23,946 nucleotides of DNA, from the NCBI RefSeq assembly GCF_024220515.1, contig NZ_JAMXOT010000326.1, forward strand, positions 1 to 23,946, in the 5' to 3' direction. The notes below the pieces were generated by a model. The model was not told where the DNA came from, did no database searches, and saw only the letters and a program-made list of their open reading frames with translations. The position numbers were made by a program, and so were the translations under genes. This document shows positions 1 through 8,039 of this stretch, piece after piece; position 1 is the first letter of the stretch; each line of letters opens with the position of its first letter. Origin of the DNA: Oscillatoria sp. HE19RPO. GTDB lineage: Bacteria; Cyanobacteriota; Cyanobacteriia; Cyanobacteriales; Laspinemataceae.

Positions 1-103
1 CAATTACTCCTCCTGCCGATGCTCGGTTTTAATTCTATTCTCTATTGGTTACAAGTGTTTCCTATTCCTCAGTTATCTTTGGAGTTAAATCGATTAATTT
101 CTT

Positions 104-975
104 TTATAAATCGGGCCTGTTTCGCTCTCTTCCCTCTTTCTGCTGACGTGGATTTCTTATTTTCCTCTGCCTAGAGTGACAGAAGAGGGATAGAGCAATA
201 CCGTTTAGCCAATCCGAAAGATAAACGAGGACGTCGAACCACATTAACTCTTGAAGAACAAGTCTTAGTAGCATTAGAATATTGGCGAGAATATCGAACC
301 TATTTCCATCTCGGCACAAATTGGAGAGTCTCCGAATCAACAGTGTGCCGAATTGTCACTAATATCGAATCCACTTTGATGAAAAGTGGAAAGTTGAGGA
401 TTCCTGGCAAGAAAGCCTTGCTTAAAGGTTTTGGGGATCCAGAAGTTGTCGTAATGGATGTCACAGAAACAGCAATCGAACGGCCCCAAAAAAAACAGAA
501 GAAATACTTTTCAGGAAAGAAAAAATACCACAGTCTAAAAATGCAGGTGGTCATTAATCAAAAAACTAAAGAGATTATTTGCCTACACTTTGGGCCGGGG
601 CATTGCCATGACTTCAATTTATTCAAAAACAGTCCAGTCCATTTTCATCCTGAACCCGATAGTTTACAAGATAGTGGATATCAAGGAATAAAAAAATATC
701 ATTCTAATAGCTATACTCCTAAAAAGAAACCGAAAAAGGGTAGTCTTTTCGCCTTACAAAAAGACTACCATCTGGCTTTGTCCCAAGACATAGTTGGGAT
801 TAAACATATTAATAGAAGTCTGAAAATTTTCAAGATTTTGTCAAGTCGTTATCGAAATCGTCGCCGCCGTTATGGCCTCCGGTGTAATTTGCTCGCAGCA
901 CTTTACAATTATGAGTTGGCTCTGGGGGCTAAAATTCAAAATTTGTAATTATAACATAGATTTTTTTGCAAGAGG
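104..975 (+). mobile_element. IS5-family insertion sequence carrying a Harbinger/DDE_Tnp_4-type transposase; boundaries uncertain and the element may be degenerate
   Basis: Transposase homology in frame 1 runs from about nt 175 (HTH region ...KRGRRTTLTLEEQVLVALEYWREYRTYFHLGTNWRVSESTV...) to the stop at 948. No clear terminal inverted repeats could be defined by eye. The left end may lie upstream of the window. Confidence 0.5.
343..948 (+). CDS. IS5-family DDE transposase (DDE_Tnp_4 / Harbinger-like)
   Basis: The motif GKKKYHSLKMQVVINQKTKEIICLHFGPGHCHDFNLFKNS matches the conserved G-x-KGYHS...G-x-PGS-x-HD block of DDE_Tnp_4, and DSGYQG matches the third catalytic region. In-frame homology extends upstream to about nt 175 with no ATG, GTG or TTG before the GTG at 343. 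An in-frame TAG lies at 172-174. This is probably a pseudogene or a non-canonical start. Confidence 0.7.
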   Translation: MCRIVTNIESTLMKSGKLRIPGKKALLKGFGDPEVVVMDVTETAIERPQKKQKKYFSGKKKYHSLKMQVVINQKTKEIICLHFGPGHCHDFNLFKNSPVHFHPEPDSLQDSGYQGIKKYHSNSYTPKKKPKKGSLFALQKDYHLALSQDIVGIKHINRSLKIFKILSSRYRNRRRRYGLRCNLLAALYNYELALGAKIQNL

Positions 976-979
976 TCTA

Positions 980-1300
980 ATGATCAAGAAAAATAGTAGA
1001 GTCAGGAGTTGGCAAATCGTGATGAATTGGGGTCATTATTATCTATCTATTTTCATTGTTGTGAGTGCTTTGCTGTTTCTGGAGGGAAGTCTAAGGCAGA
1101 ACTCTCTTCAAGCGCAAGTCATCCCGGATAATACGCTACCGAATCCTACCGGGGTGCAAATCAATGGCAATACTTTCACCATTGAGGGGGGAACTGCTGC
1201 CGGGAGTAATTTGTTTCATAGTTTCCAGGAATTTTCCATCCCGATGGGAACTGCTGCACTTTTTAACAATTCCCCGGCGATCGCTAATATTATTACTTGA
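980..1300 (+). CDS. TpsA-like exoprotein, N-terminal fragment (signal peptide plus start of TPS domain) ending at a premature TGA
   Basis: Same frame as the 872..1300 ORF; 980 is the first ATG that yields a hydrophobic signal-like segment. The start could alternatively be at 872. Confidence 0.5.
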   Translation: MIKKNSRVRSWQIVMNWGHYYLSIFIVVSALLFLEGSLRQNSLQAQVIPDNTLPNPTGVQINGNTFTIEGGTAAGSNLFHSFQEFSIPMGTAALFNNSPAIANIIT

Positions 1301-1315
1301 ATTACTGGCGGCAAA

Positions 1316-2383
1316 TTGTCCCAAATTGATGGGGCGATCGCCGCCAATGGCAGCGCCAATTTATTTTTAATTAATCCCAGTGGCATTGCCTTCGGACCGA
1401 ATGCGACCCTAAATCTAGGGGGTTCCTTTGTCGGGAGTACCGCCAACAGGGTGTTATTTCCTGGCGATCGCGCCTTTAGTGCCACGGACCCTGATTCATC
1501 GCCAATTTTGAGCGTAAATGTCCCCATCGGGTTGCAATACGGACCGAATCCCGAGAGCATTGTTGTGCGGGATGCGGTCTTAACTGTGCTGCCAAATCAA
1601 TCTTTAACCTGGGTTGGGGGTGAGATTACCCTGGAGGGGGGACAATTATTGGCCCCCGGTGGGACGGTGAGTTTGGGGGGGATATCCGAGGCGGGAGTGG
1701 TGGAATTACCCGGAGGAAATGCCCTCAAACTGCGGGACACCATCGGGCGATCGCCACTCACTCTCACCAATGGGGCGCGAGTGGATGTGGCAGGGTCAGG
1801 GGGTGGAAGTATCTCGATTCAGGTGGATAATCTGCTGATTTCTGGTCAGTCTGAGATTCGCGGGGGGATTGCCGAAGGGTTAGGAGAACCGGGTGCACAA
1901 GCAGGAGATATCGACATTGATACCCGGGGAAATATTGTGCTAACGGGAGAGAGTGCGATCGCCAATGAAGTCCAACCCACGGGAATGGGAGATGGGGGAA
2001 ATATCACTTTAAATACCAACAGCTTTTCCGCAACCCGTTCAATGATTTCTACTAGCACATCGGGAGAAGGGAATGGGGGAAAACTGCAAATTACCGCCCG
2101 AGACTCGGTGGTATTTGATGGACAAGGCACAGAGGATTTCATCACCATCGCCTCGGCAGATGTAGCACCCGGAGGGGTCGGAAATGCAGGAGGCATCGAG
2201 ATTCAGGCGCGTTCTGTGTTGGTCAAAGATGGCGCGGGCATGAGCACGGGAACCCGGGGTCGGGGGAATGGTGCACCCCTAGTCATTCGCGCCGTAGAGT
2301 CGGTGGTTTTTGATGGAGTGAATTCCAGTAACGATGTGCTAAGGGTGTTCCAACAAATAAATCATCCAAATCCCGATGGTTAA
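1316..2383 (+). CDS. TpsA-like exoprotein, middle fragment (rest of TPS domain plus Gly-rich beta-helix repeats)
   Basis: [25 protein letters not shown] and repeated GNGG/GxGG hemagglutinin-type repeats. Ends with a stop codon supplied by the inserted element (…[12 protein letters not shown]). Confidence 0.6.
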   Translation: [355 protein letters not shown]

Positions 2384-2479
2384 GCATCTAACTATATTAG
2401 CCCGCGCAGGCGGGCTTTGTCCGTGTAGCCCCACCCTTAAGGGTGCGGGTTTTTTGGGGATTTTATTTTTTGGAGTTCC
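2343..2479 (+). mobile_element. MITE-like ~137 bp element (copy A) inserted into the TpsA-like gene
   Basis: Shares TTCCAACAAATAAATCATCC, TATATTAGCCCGCGCAGGC, CCCCACCCTTAAGGGTGCGGGTTTTTTGG and ATTTTATTTTTTGGAGTTCCC with a second copy at 13575..13720. The termini are imperfect inverted repeats: left GGGTGTTCCAACAAATAAA, right reverse-complement GGAACTCCAAAAAATAAAA. It has an internal hairpin (CACCC TTAA GGGTG) followed by a T-run. There is a possible 4-bp target duplication CTAA (2339-2342 and 2480-2483). Confidence 0.55.
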
Positions 2480-2482
2480 CTA

Positions 2483-3793
2483 ATGCCGACGGGGGCGGAA
2501 AGTACCGTAGACCCCGAGGCAATGGGAAAGGCGGGAAGTTTAGAGCTTGAGACGGCAGCATTACGGATTCTAAATGGGGCGAATGTGGGCAGTATGACCT
2601 TTGAGGCGGGGAATGGAGGTCCTGTGAGATTACAGGCAACGGAGGTGATGGAATTTGGAGGAGTCGATCGCCTGGGCAATCCGGTGATTGTGTTTAGTGA
2701 TACGTTGGGAGAGGGGAATGGGGATAATTTACGGATTGAAACCCCGAGGTTGATTTTGCGCGATGGTGCCCAGATTAGTGTGGGTACATTTGGCGCGGGG
2801 GATGGGGGAAATTTGGAGATTCTGGCAACGGAGGCGATTGTGTTATCTGGTTCAGTTCCGGCAACGGAGGGCGGATTTTTCTTCACCGATGAGTCTGGAA
2901 TGGTTTTCCCTACAGGCATTTTTGCTGCTTCTACACAGACGGGGAATGCGGGGACAATGCAGTTAGAGACGGGAGAGTTAATGTTAGGCGATCGCGCGAT
3001 TATTTCCGCCAGTGGTGAGAGTACGGGGGTTGCTGGGAATATGGAAATCGTGGCGCGACAGATTCTGGTTAATAATGCGGCGATCGCCGCTGAAACGGTG
3101 CAGGGGGACCAGGCGAATATTTTCATTGAATCGCGGGATATCCGGTTGCGGAATCAAGGGGGAATTACCACCAATGCCAGTGGGAGTGGGACGGGAGGGA
3201 ATATTGCGATCGCCACGGATACGTTAGTTGCCGTAGAAAATAGCGATATTACGGCCAATTCCAGCGCTAGTTTTGGGGGTCGCGTGGCGATCGCTGCCCA
3301 AGGCATCTTGGGGACTGATTTTCGCACAGAAATCACCCCTCAAAGTGATATTACTGCCACCTCCGAACTTGGGGCGGAGTTTAGCGGCAGTGTCACCATT
3401 AATACCCCCGATGTCAATCCCTCTACTGGATTGGTGCAATTACCCGAAATGCTGGTGCAAGCGAGGGATAATTACTTTGTCGGTTGTGCCTTATCCGATG
3501 AGAATTCTTTTACTATTTCTGGACGAGGAGGATTGCCCACCGATCCGACTCAACCCCTCCAAACCCAACCGATTTGGCATGATTTACGCAACTTTTTCCA
3601 AGAGTTAGAGGAGGAACCCGTTACCCTTGCCCCCCCTGGTACCCCTTCCTCTGAAAATTCATCTCCCCGACTCAAGGAAGCGACAGGTTGGCGACAAAAT
3701 TCTCAAGGAACCATTGAATTAATTACGGCAATACCCGAGGGAAGTATTTCTTTTTCCGGGTTGCGATCGCCGGACTGTCAACCCATTGAATAA
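2483..3793 (+). CDS. TpsA-like exoprotein, C-terminal fragment
   Basis: Same frame as the upstream fragments. Continues the GNGG repeat architecture. No signal peptide of its own. Ends with the GRGGLPTDPT region. Confidence 0.6.
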   Translation: MPTGAESTVDPEAMGKAGSLELETAALRILNGANVGSMTFEAGNGGPVRLQATEVMEFGGVDRLGNPVIVFSDTLGEGNGDNLRIETPRLILRDGAQISVGTFGAGDGGNLEILATEAIVLSGSVPATEGGFFFTDESGMVFPTGIFAASTQTGNAGTMQLETGELMLGDRAIISASGESTGVAGNMEIVARQILVNNAAIAAETVQGDQANIFIESRDIRLRNQGGITTNASGSGTGGNIAIATDTLVAVENSDITANSSASFGGRVAIAAQGILGTDFRTEITPQSDITATSELGAEFSGSVTINTPDVNPSTGLVQLPEMLVQARDNYFVGCALSDENSFTISGRGGLPTDPTQPLQTQPIWHDLRNFFQELEEEPVTLAPPGTPSSENSSPRLKEATGWRQNSQGTIELITAIPEGSISFSGLRSPDCQPIE

Positions 3794-3948
3794 TAGCGGT
3801 TGTTAATATCTGTGAATCAGTCTTGCGAGTCAGACCCTTTCTGGATATGATAGGAACGAGAGAAAATGGCGGTTTTTGTTCCCTAAGCGGATGAGGATAC
3901 GCTCTTCCAATTTTTTAACAACTCGTCCATTTCTCCGGACCCATCAGA

Positions 3949-5739
3949 TTGGATTGCTTTATGTCTAAAACTCCTGACTTGACCGATCGCCTCATTCGCC
4001 AAAAATCCGCCCCTGAATTGTTTAGCAAAGGCCAGTCTGATTATGAAGCGGGCAATGTCACCGCAGTAACTCTGCGGGGCAACTTAATCAATGCCGAAGT
4101 CATCGGCAACGCAGTCCAACCCTATCGGGTTCAAGTTGGATTTGACCAGGGCAGTTTGACCTCGGCGACCTGTTCTTGTGCTTATGATGCTGAATGGTGT
4201 GAACATATTGTTGCCACCCTATTTGTGGTGATGCGACAACCGGAAATCATTCAAGAACGTCCGACTTTGGAGCAATTAATCGGTCAGCTAAACCTGTTAG
4301 AACTCCAAGAATTAGTGCAAAATTTGGTCAATCAAAATCCAGGACTTCTGGATGAAATTGACTGCTATATTACGTTAAATCCTGAACTAAAAATTTCAAA
4401 TCAACCGGCAAAAAATCACCGTTCTTCCCCCATTAATTCTGTTCCATTTCGTCAACAGGCCCGGGACATTTTATATGAGGGAATGCGATATTTTGAAAAT
4501 TTAGACGGGGAAGAGGACCCGGTAACCGAGGAGTTATTAGATTTAATTGATAATGTTCAAGGGTTAATAGAAATTGGGGAGACTTATAATGCTTTAATCG
4601 TCTTAGAAGCCATTGCCTCAGCTTGTGCAGCCGATTGGGACCGGGTGGAACAGTATGGGATTGATTCGGATGAAATTGTCATCGCCCTGGATGAGGCGAT
4701 CGCCGAAGCAATTCTCAGCGACTCCCTGAGTTCCAGTGAAGTGGAACAGTGGCGATCGCGATTAGAAATCCTCCAAGAGGAGTGGAGTACCGAATTTCCC
4801 CTCAGCTTAGAATCCCTAACTCAAGGATGGGATGATCCGGATCTGGTAGCAGCCCTCAACGGAACTATAACCGAACCTGAAATTAAAGAAGAGTCGCTTA
4901 CCAATTATTCCCCAGATTTGGGATTAATTCGTTTAAGAATTCTGGATCTGCAAGAGCGATATCAGGAGTATTTGAACCTGGCCAAAGCGAAAGGTAAAAT
5001 GAAACAATATCTGACCATGTTGGGCAGTTTAGGACGAACTGCCGAAGCAATGGAAGCCGCCGAAAATCAGATGAAAACTATGGAGGAAGCATTATCCCTG
5101 GGTCAAACTTTACACAGCAATGGAGAAGTCAGAAAAGCCTTGGAAGTCGGGCGAATGGGGTTAAAATTATTGGGAAATTGCCAATATGAACTCGCCAGTT
5201 GGACCGCTGATTTAGCCCAAGAATTGGGGAATGCCGAGGTAGAAATGGAGGCGAGACAACTAGCCTTTTGCTATAACCCCACTTCGGCGGATTATTTCAG
5301 ACTCAAAGAATTAAACGGAGAAAATTGGTCTAACATTCAGCCAGATTTATTAAAATCTCTCAGGCAGCATACGAGTTGGGGGACAACTGAGGTTAAGGCG
5401 GATATTTTTCTAAGTGAAGGCTTAATTGATGAGGCGATCGCCTCCGTAAAAGGCTTGGGTTCCTATCATATAGATTTAGTGCATCGAGTCATGGATGCCG
5501 CGATTCCTGAACGTCCAGATTGGGTGATTGAAACGGCGCGACCCTTTGCCGAAGCGATTCTGGATCGCAAAAAATCTGAATCCTATAATCAGGCGATCGC
5601 CTGGTTGAAAAAAGTCCGGGCCGCCTACATTCAAAAAGACCAGTGGGACCGCTGGAAAACCTATCGACAAGAATTGCTACAAACCCACGCCCGCAAACAC
5701 AAATTCCGGGGGATGCTGGAAGATAGGCGCTTGGATTAA
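3949..5739 (+). CDS. SWIM zinc-finger domain protein (conserved hypothetical)
   Basis: CxC...CxH SWIM signature SATCSCAYDAEWCEHIVATLF near the N-terminus. The remainder is a helical, TPR-like region. An alternative start is the ATG at 3961 (MSKTPDL). Confidence 0.75.
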   Translation: MDCFMSKTPDLTDRLIRQKSAPELFSKGQSDYEAGNVTAVTLRGNLINAEVIGNAVQPYRVQVGFDQGSLTSATCSCAYDAEWCEHIVATLFVVMRQPEIIQERPTLEQLIGQLNLLELQELVQNLVNQNPGLLDEIDCYITLNPELKISNQPAKNHRSSPINSVPFRQQARDILYEGMRYFENLDGEEDPVTEELLDLIDNVQGLIEIGETYNALIVLEAIASACAADWDRVEQYGIDSDEIVIALDEAIAEAILSDSLSSSEVEQWRSRLEILQEEWSTEFPLSLESLTQGWDDPDLVAALNGTITEPEIKEESLTNYSPDLGLIRLRILDLQERYQEYLNLAKAKGKMKQYLTMLGSLGRTAEAMEAAENQMKTMEEALSLGQTLHSNGEVRKALEVGRMGLKLLGNCQYELASWTADLAQELGNAEVEMEARQLAFCYNPTSADYFRLKELNGENWSNIQPDLLKSLRQHTSWGTTEVKADIFLSEGLIDEAIASVKGLGSYHIDLVHRVMDAAIPERPDWVIETARPFAEAILDRKKSESYNQAIAWLKKVRAAYIQKDQWDRWKTYRQELLQTHARKHKFRGMLEDRRLD

Positions 5740-5746
5740 ACCTCGT

Positions 5747-5764
5747 CCCCTCTTGCCAGAGGGA
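5747..5764 (+). terminator. Possible stem-loop terminator after the SWIM gene
   Basis: CCCCTCTTGCCAGAGGG is a perfect 6-bp stem, located 8 nt after the stop codon. The downstream T tract is weak. Confidence 0.3.
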
Positions 5765-5896
5765 AGGGTTTCCAGGATTAGGAGTCTCCCTCCTTTCCTC
5801 CATTTTCAATGGGTGAATGTACTCTGCGGGTTACTCCCCACTCAACTGCTCTAATTTATGCCATAATTGTAGCACTAAGCCCCTATAGGTGAGCGT

Positions 5897-6391
5897 ATGT
5901 TTCCCTCTCAACGGTTTACGATTACGACTTATCTCAGTCCCGAGGACGTCCAGAAAAAATTAGTAGCAGTTGTAGAACCTCCCCCTCAAGGGATACAATT
6001 CCAGTGGAAAAGGTCGGACAAACTATACCGGGGAAAAATTGGCGAACACTCTTTTAAGATTGCCAAAATTATCTACCACCGCAATTCATTCTTACCGCAG
6101 ATTGAAGGTCGAATAAAGGCCCACGGTAGAGGCAGTCAAATCGAAATTGAAATGAAACTGCACATCGCTGCGATCATTTTTATGTGCGTTTGGCTGAGTA
6201 CAATTGGACAAGTCGCGTTGCTGAGTTTATTCGCCCTCTTTCAAGATGACTTTGAACCTGCTTTTTTAATCCCTTTGGGAATGGTAATTTTTGGTATAGC
6301 GTTGCCCTGGGTTGGATTTCTCCCCCAAGCTAAGGCGTCTAAAGATTTTTTAATCGAGTTGTTTCAAGGTACAGAAGAACATTCCCTTTAA
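5897..6391 (+). CDS. Hypothetical small membrane protein: soluble N-terminal domain plus two C-terminal TM helices (paralog 1)
   Basis: Shares the LYRGKI..SF.I.KIIY...F.P..EG.I..H..GSQI.I..K motif with the adjacent ORF. The hydrophobic segments are IAAIIFMCVWLSTIGQVALLSLFALF and LIPLGMVIFGIALPWVGFL. Confidence 0.55.
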   Translation: MFPSQRFTITTYLSPEDVQKKLVAVVEPPPQGIQFQWKRSDKLYRGKIGEHSFKIAKIIYHRNSFLPQIEGRIKAHGRGSQIEIEMKLHIAAIIFMCVWLSTIGQVALLSLFALFQDDFEPAFLIPLGMVIFGIALPWVGFLPQAKASKDFLIELFQGTEEHSL

Positions 6392-6473
6392 GAGAGATAG
6401 AGGGACAGCTTCTGGCCTTGATGACTGAAAATGCAGCAAAATAATGTCCCGGCATAGTTGGGAGAGTTAGAAA

Positions 6474-6947
6474 ATGTTGACTTATCAAAGGTTGACGATT
6501 AAAACTGGGCTAAAACTCTACCAAATTCGGGAAAACCTCATGGGAATTGTGGAACCTACCTATCGGATAGGTGAGGAAAGTCCCACTCCCCTCTATCGAG
6601 GAAAAATCAATAAAGACTCTTTTCAAATTTCCAAAATTATCTACTATACCCGTTCGCAACGCTATCGCGAGTCTTTCTTTCCGGTGCTTGAGGGTCAAAT
6701 TAGGGAACATGACAGCGGGAGTCAAATCGACATCCAAGTTAAAATCACTCCAGGAATTCTCGTTTTTCTGGCAATCTGGCTGATGACGGCGGGAAGAGAA
6801 GCTTGCGTTTCTTTGCTGAGGCTTCAAAACGAATCTGTTTCGTCATTTTCAAGCCCTATCGGTATCTTTTTATTCGGTTTAGCCATCCCACTCATTACTT
6901 TTTTTAGCATCGCTCAACATTCTAAAAAAAAATCATCAATTTTCTGA
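6474..6947 (+). CDS. Hypothetical small membrane protein (paralog 2 of the previous ORF)
   Basis: LYRGKINKDSFQISKIIYY...FFPVLEGQIREHDSGSQIDIQVK with two C-terminal TM segments; in tandem with its paralog. Confidence 0.55.
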   Translation: MLTYQRLTIKTGLKLYQIRENLMGIVEPTYRIGEESPTPLYRGKINKDSFQISKIIYYTRSQRYRESFFPVLEGQIREHDSGSQIDIQVKITPGILVFLAIWLMTAGREACVSLLRLQNESVSSFSSPIGIFLFGLAIPLITFFSIAQHSKKKSSIF

Positions 6948-7071
6948 AAAACTGATAAACTATAAAGCTAGGACTTAGGCGAAGTAGAGGCAGTTCACCT
7001 CAGATAGAGTCACTCAGGAATAAGGGGATGCATGAGTCCTGAAAATTAATCGTCATCGATTTTTTATAAAC

Positions 7072-7998
7072 ATGAGTATTATTGTGTTCGGTAGTATCAA
7101 TCTCGATTTAGTCACCCGCACTCACCGACTTCCCAAACCTGGGGAAACTCTGGCGGGAATTAGCTTTTTTACCGCATCCGGTGGCAAAGGTGCAAATCAA
7201 GCAGTTGCTGCGGCGAAATTGGGCATGACAACTTGGATGATTGGACGGGTAGGGGGAGATAGTTTTGGACAGGAACTCCTGGAGAGTTTGCAACAGTCCG
7301 GGGTGAAGTGCGATCGCATCTTCATCGATGAAACCACGACTTCCGGAATTGCCACGATCGCCGTCGAGGATACGGGAGAAAATACCATTATAATTGTCCC
7401 CGGTGCCAACGCTGGCGTCAATGAGTCAGACTGCGATCGCCTCACGGATTTATTACCCGATGCCGCAGCATTATTATTACAATTAGAAATCCCCTTAAGC
7501 GCAGTTCTGGCAGCGGCTAAAAAAGCTCAGGATGCCGGAGTTCCGGTCATTTTAGACCCCGCACCCGCCGGAGAACTCCCCCCAGAATTGTATTCCTTAA
7601 TTGATATCATTACCCCCAATGAAACGGAACTGAGTCTCCTCACCGGAATTGCCGTGAGAGATGTAGAAACAGCCAGGGAAGCCATCAGCGAATTGCAAAG
7701 ACGGGGAGTTAGAACAGCGATCGCCAAGTTGGGGGCAAAAGGGGTGCTTTGTGCCAGGGGAGAAGAACAGTTTTTTGTCCCCCCCTTTGAAGTGGAAGCG
7801 GTGGATACGGTAGCGGCAGGAGATGCCTTTAATGGGGCATTGGCAGTGGCGATCGCCGAGGGATTGTCCTTACCCGAGGCTGTCAGATGGGGGGCTGCTG
7901 CCGGTGCCTTGGCGGTGACGAAACCCGGTGCTCAATCCGCCTTACCCAGTCGCCTCACCTTCGAGGAATTTCTTCGGGAGGGGAAAATTAAGACTTGA
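7072..7998 (+). CDS. rbsK: Ribokinase (PfkB family)
   Basis: The N-terminus GSINLDLV...PKPGETL...ASGGKGANQAVAAAKLG and the C-terminal anion hole DTVAAGDAFNGAL are collinear with E. coli RbsK. Confidence 0.9.
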   Translation: MSIIVFGSINLDLVTRTHRLPKPGETLAGISFFTASGGKGANQAVAAAKLGMTTWMIGRVGGDSFGQELLESLQQSGVKCDRIFIDETTTSGIATIAVEDTGENTIIIVPGANAGVNESDCDRLTDLLPDAAALLLQLEIPLSAVLAAAKKAQDAGVPVILDPAPAGELPPELYSLIDIITPNETELSLLTGIAVRDVETAREAISELQRRGVRTAIAKLGAKGVLCARGEEQFFVPPFEVEAVDTVAAGDAFNGALAVAIAEGLSLPEAVRWGAAAGALAVTKPGAQSALPSRLTFEEFLREGKIKT

Positions 7999-8039
7999 TC
8001 GGTTATATGGTGTTTGTTTGATCATCCACGGGGACCTAA

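Larger units (their letters stand above)
980..3793 (+). pseudogene. TpsA-like large exoprotein (filamentous hemagglutinin N-terminal / two-partner-secretion domain followed by hemagglutinin-type repeats), disrupted at two sites
   Basis: ATG at 980 gives a signal-peptide-like N-terminus (MIKKNSRVRSWQIVMNWGHYYLSIFIVVSALLFLEGSL). The TPS-domain hallmarks follow: NPTGVQINGNTFTIEGGTAAGSNLFHSFQEFSI...[47 protein letters not shown]. There is an in-frame TGA at 1298-1300 where TPS domains have Arg (NIIxRVTGG). The same reading frame resumes at 1316..2383. A ~137 bp MITE-like insertion at 2343..2479 carries stop codons, and the frame resumes again at 2483..3793. The C-terminal ISGRGGLPTDPT motif is typical of cyanobacterial TPS-domain proteins. 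Confidence 0.7.

Noticed and set aside
104-554. Minus-strand ORFs 104..340 and 300..554
   Set aside because: Antisense shadows of the IS5 transposase reading frame, with no supporting motifs.
872-979. TpsA-like gene start at 872 (as in the ORF track)
   Set aside because: Codons 872-979 overlap the transposase 3' end and give a non-signal-like N-terminus. ATG 980 yields a basic N-region plus hydrophobic core, typical of a Sec signal. The true start remains uncertain.
1298-1300. TGA read as selenocysteine within the TpsA-like protein
   Set aside because: TPS domains have Arg at this position (CGA to TGA is a single transition). No SECIS-like hairpin is evident, and the gene is independently disrupted by a MITE, so a nonsense mutation is the simpler explanation.
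2437-3126. Minus-strand 229-aa ORF antisense to the TpsA-like gene (also 1846..2196, 3154..3439)
   Set aside because: Typical long antisense ORFs in a GC-biased, repeat-rich gene. The sense strand carries unmistakable hemagglutinin repeats.
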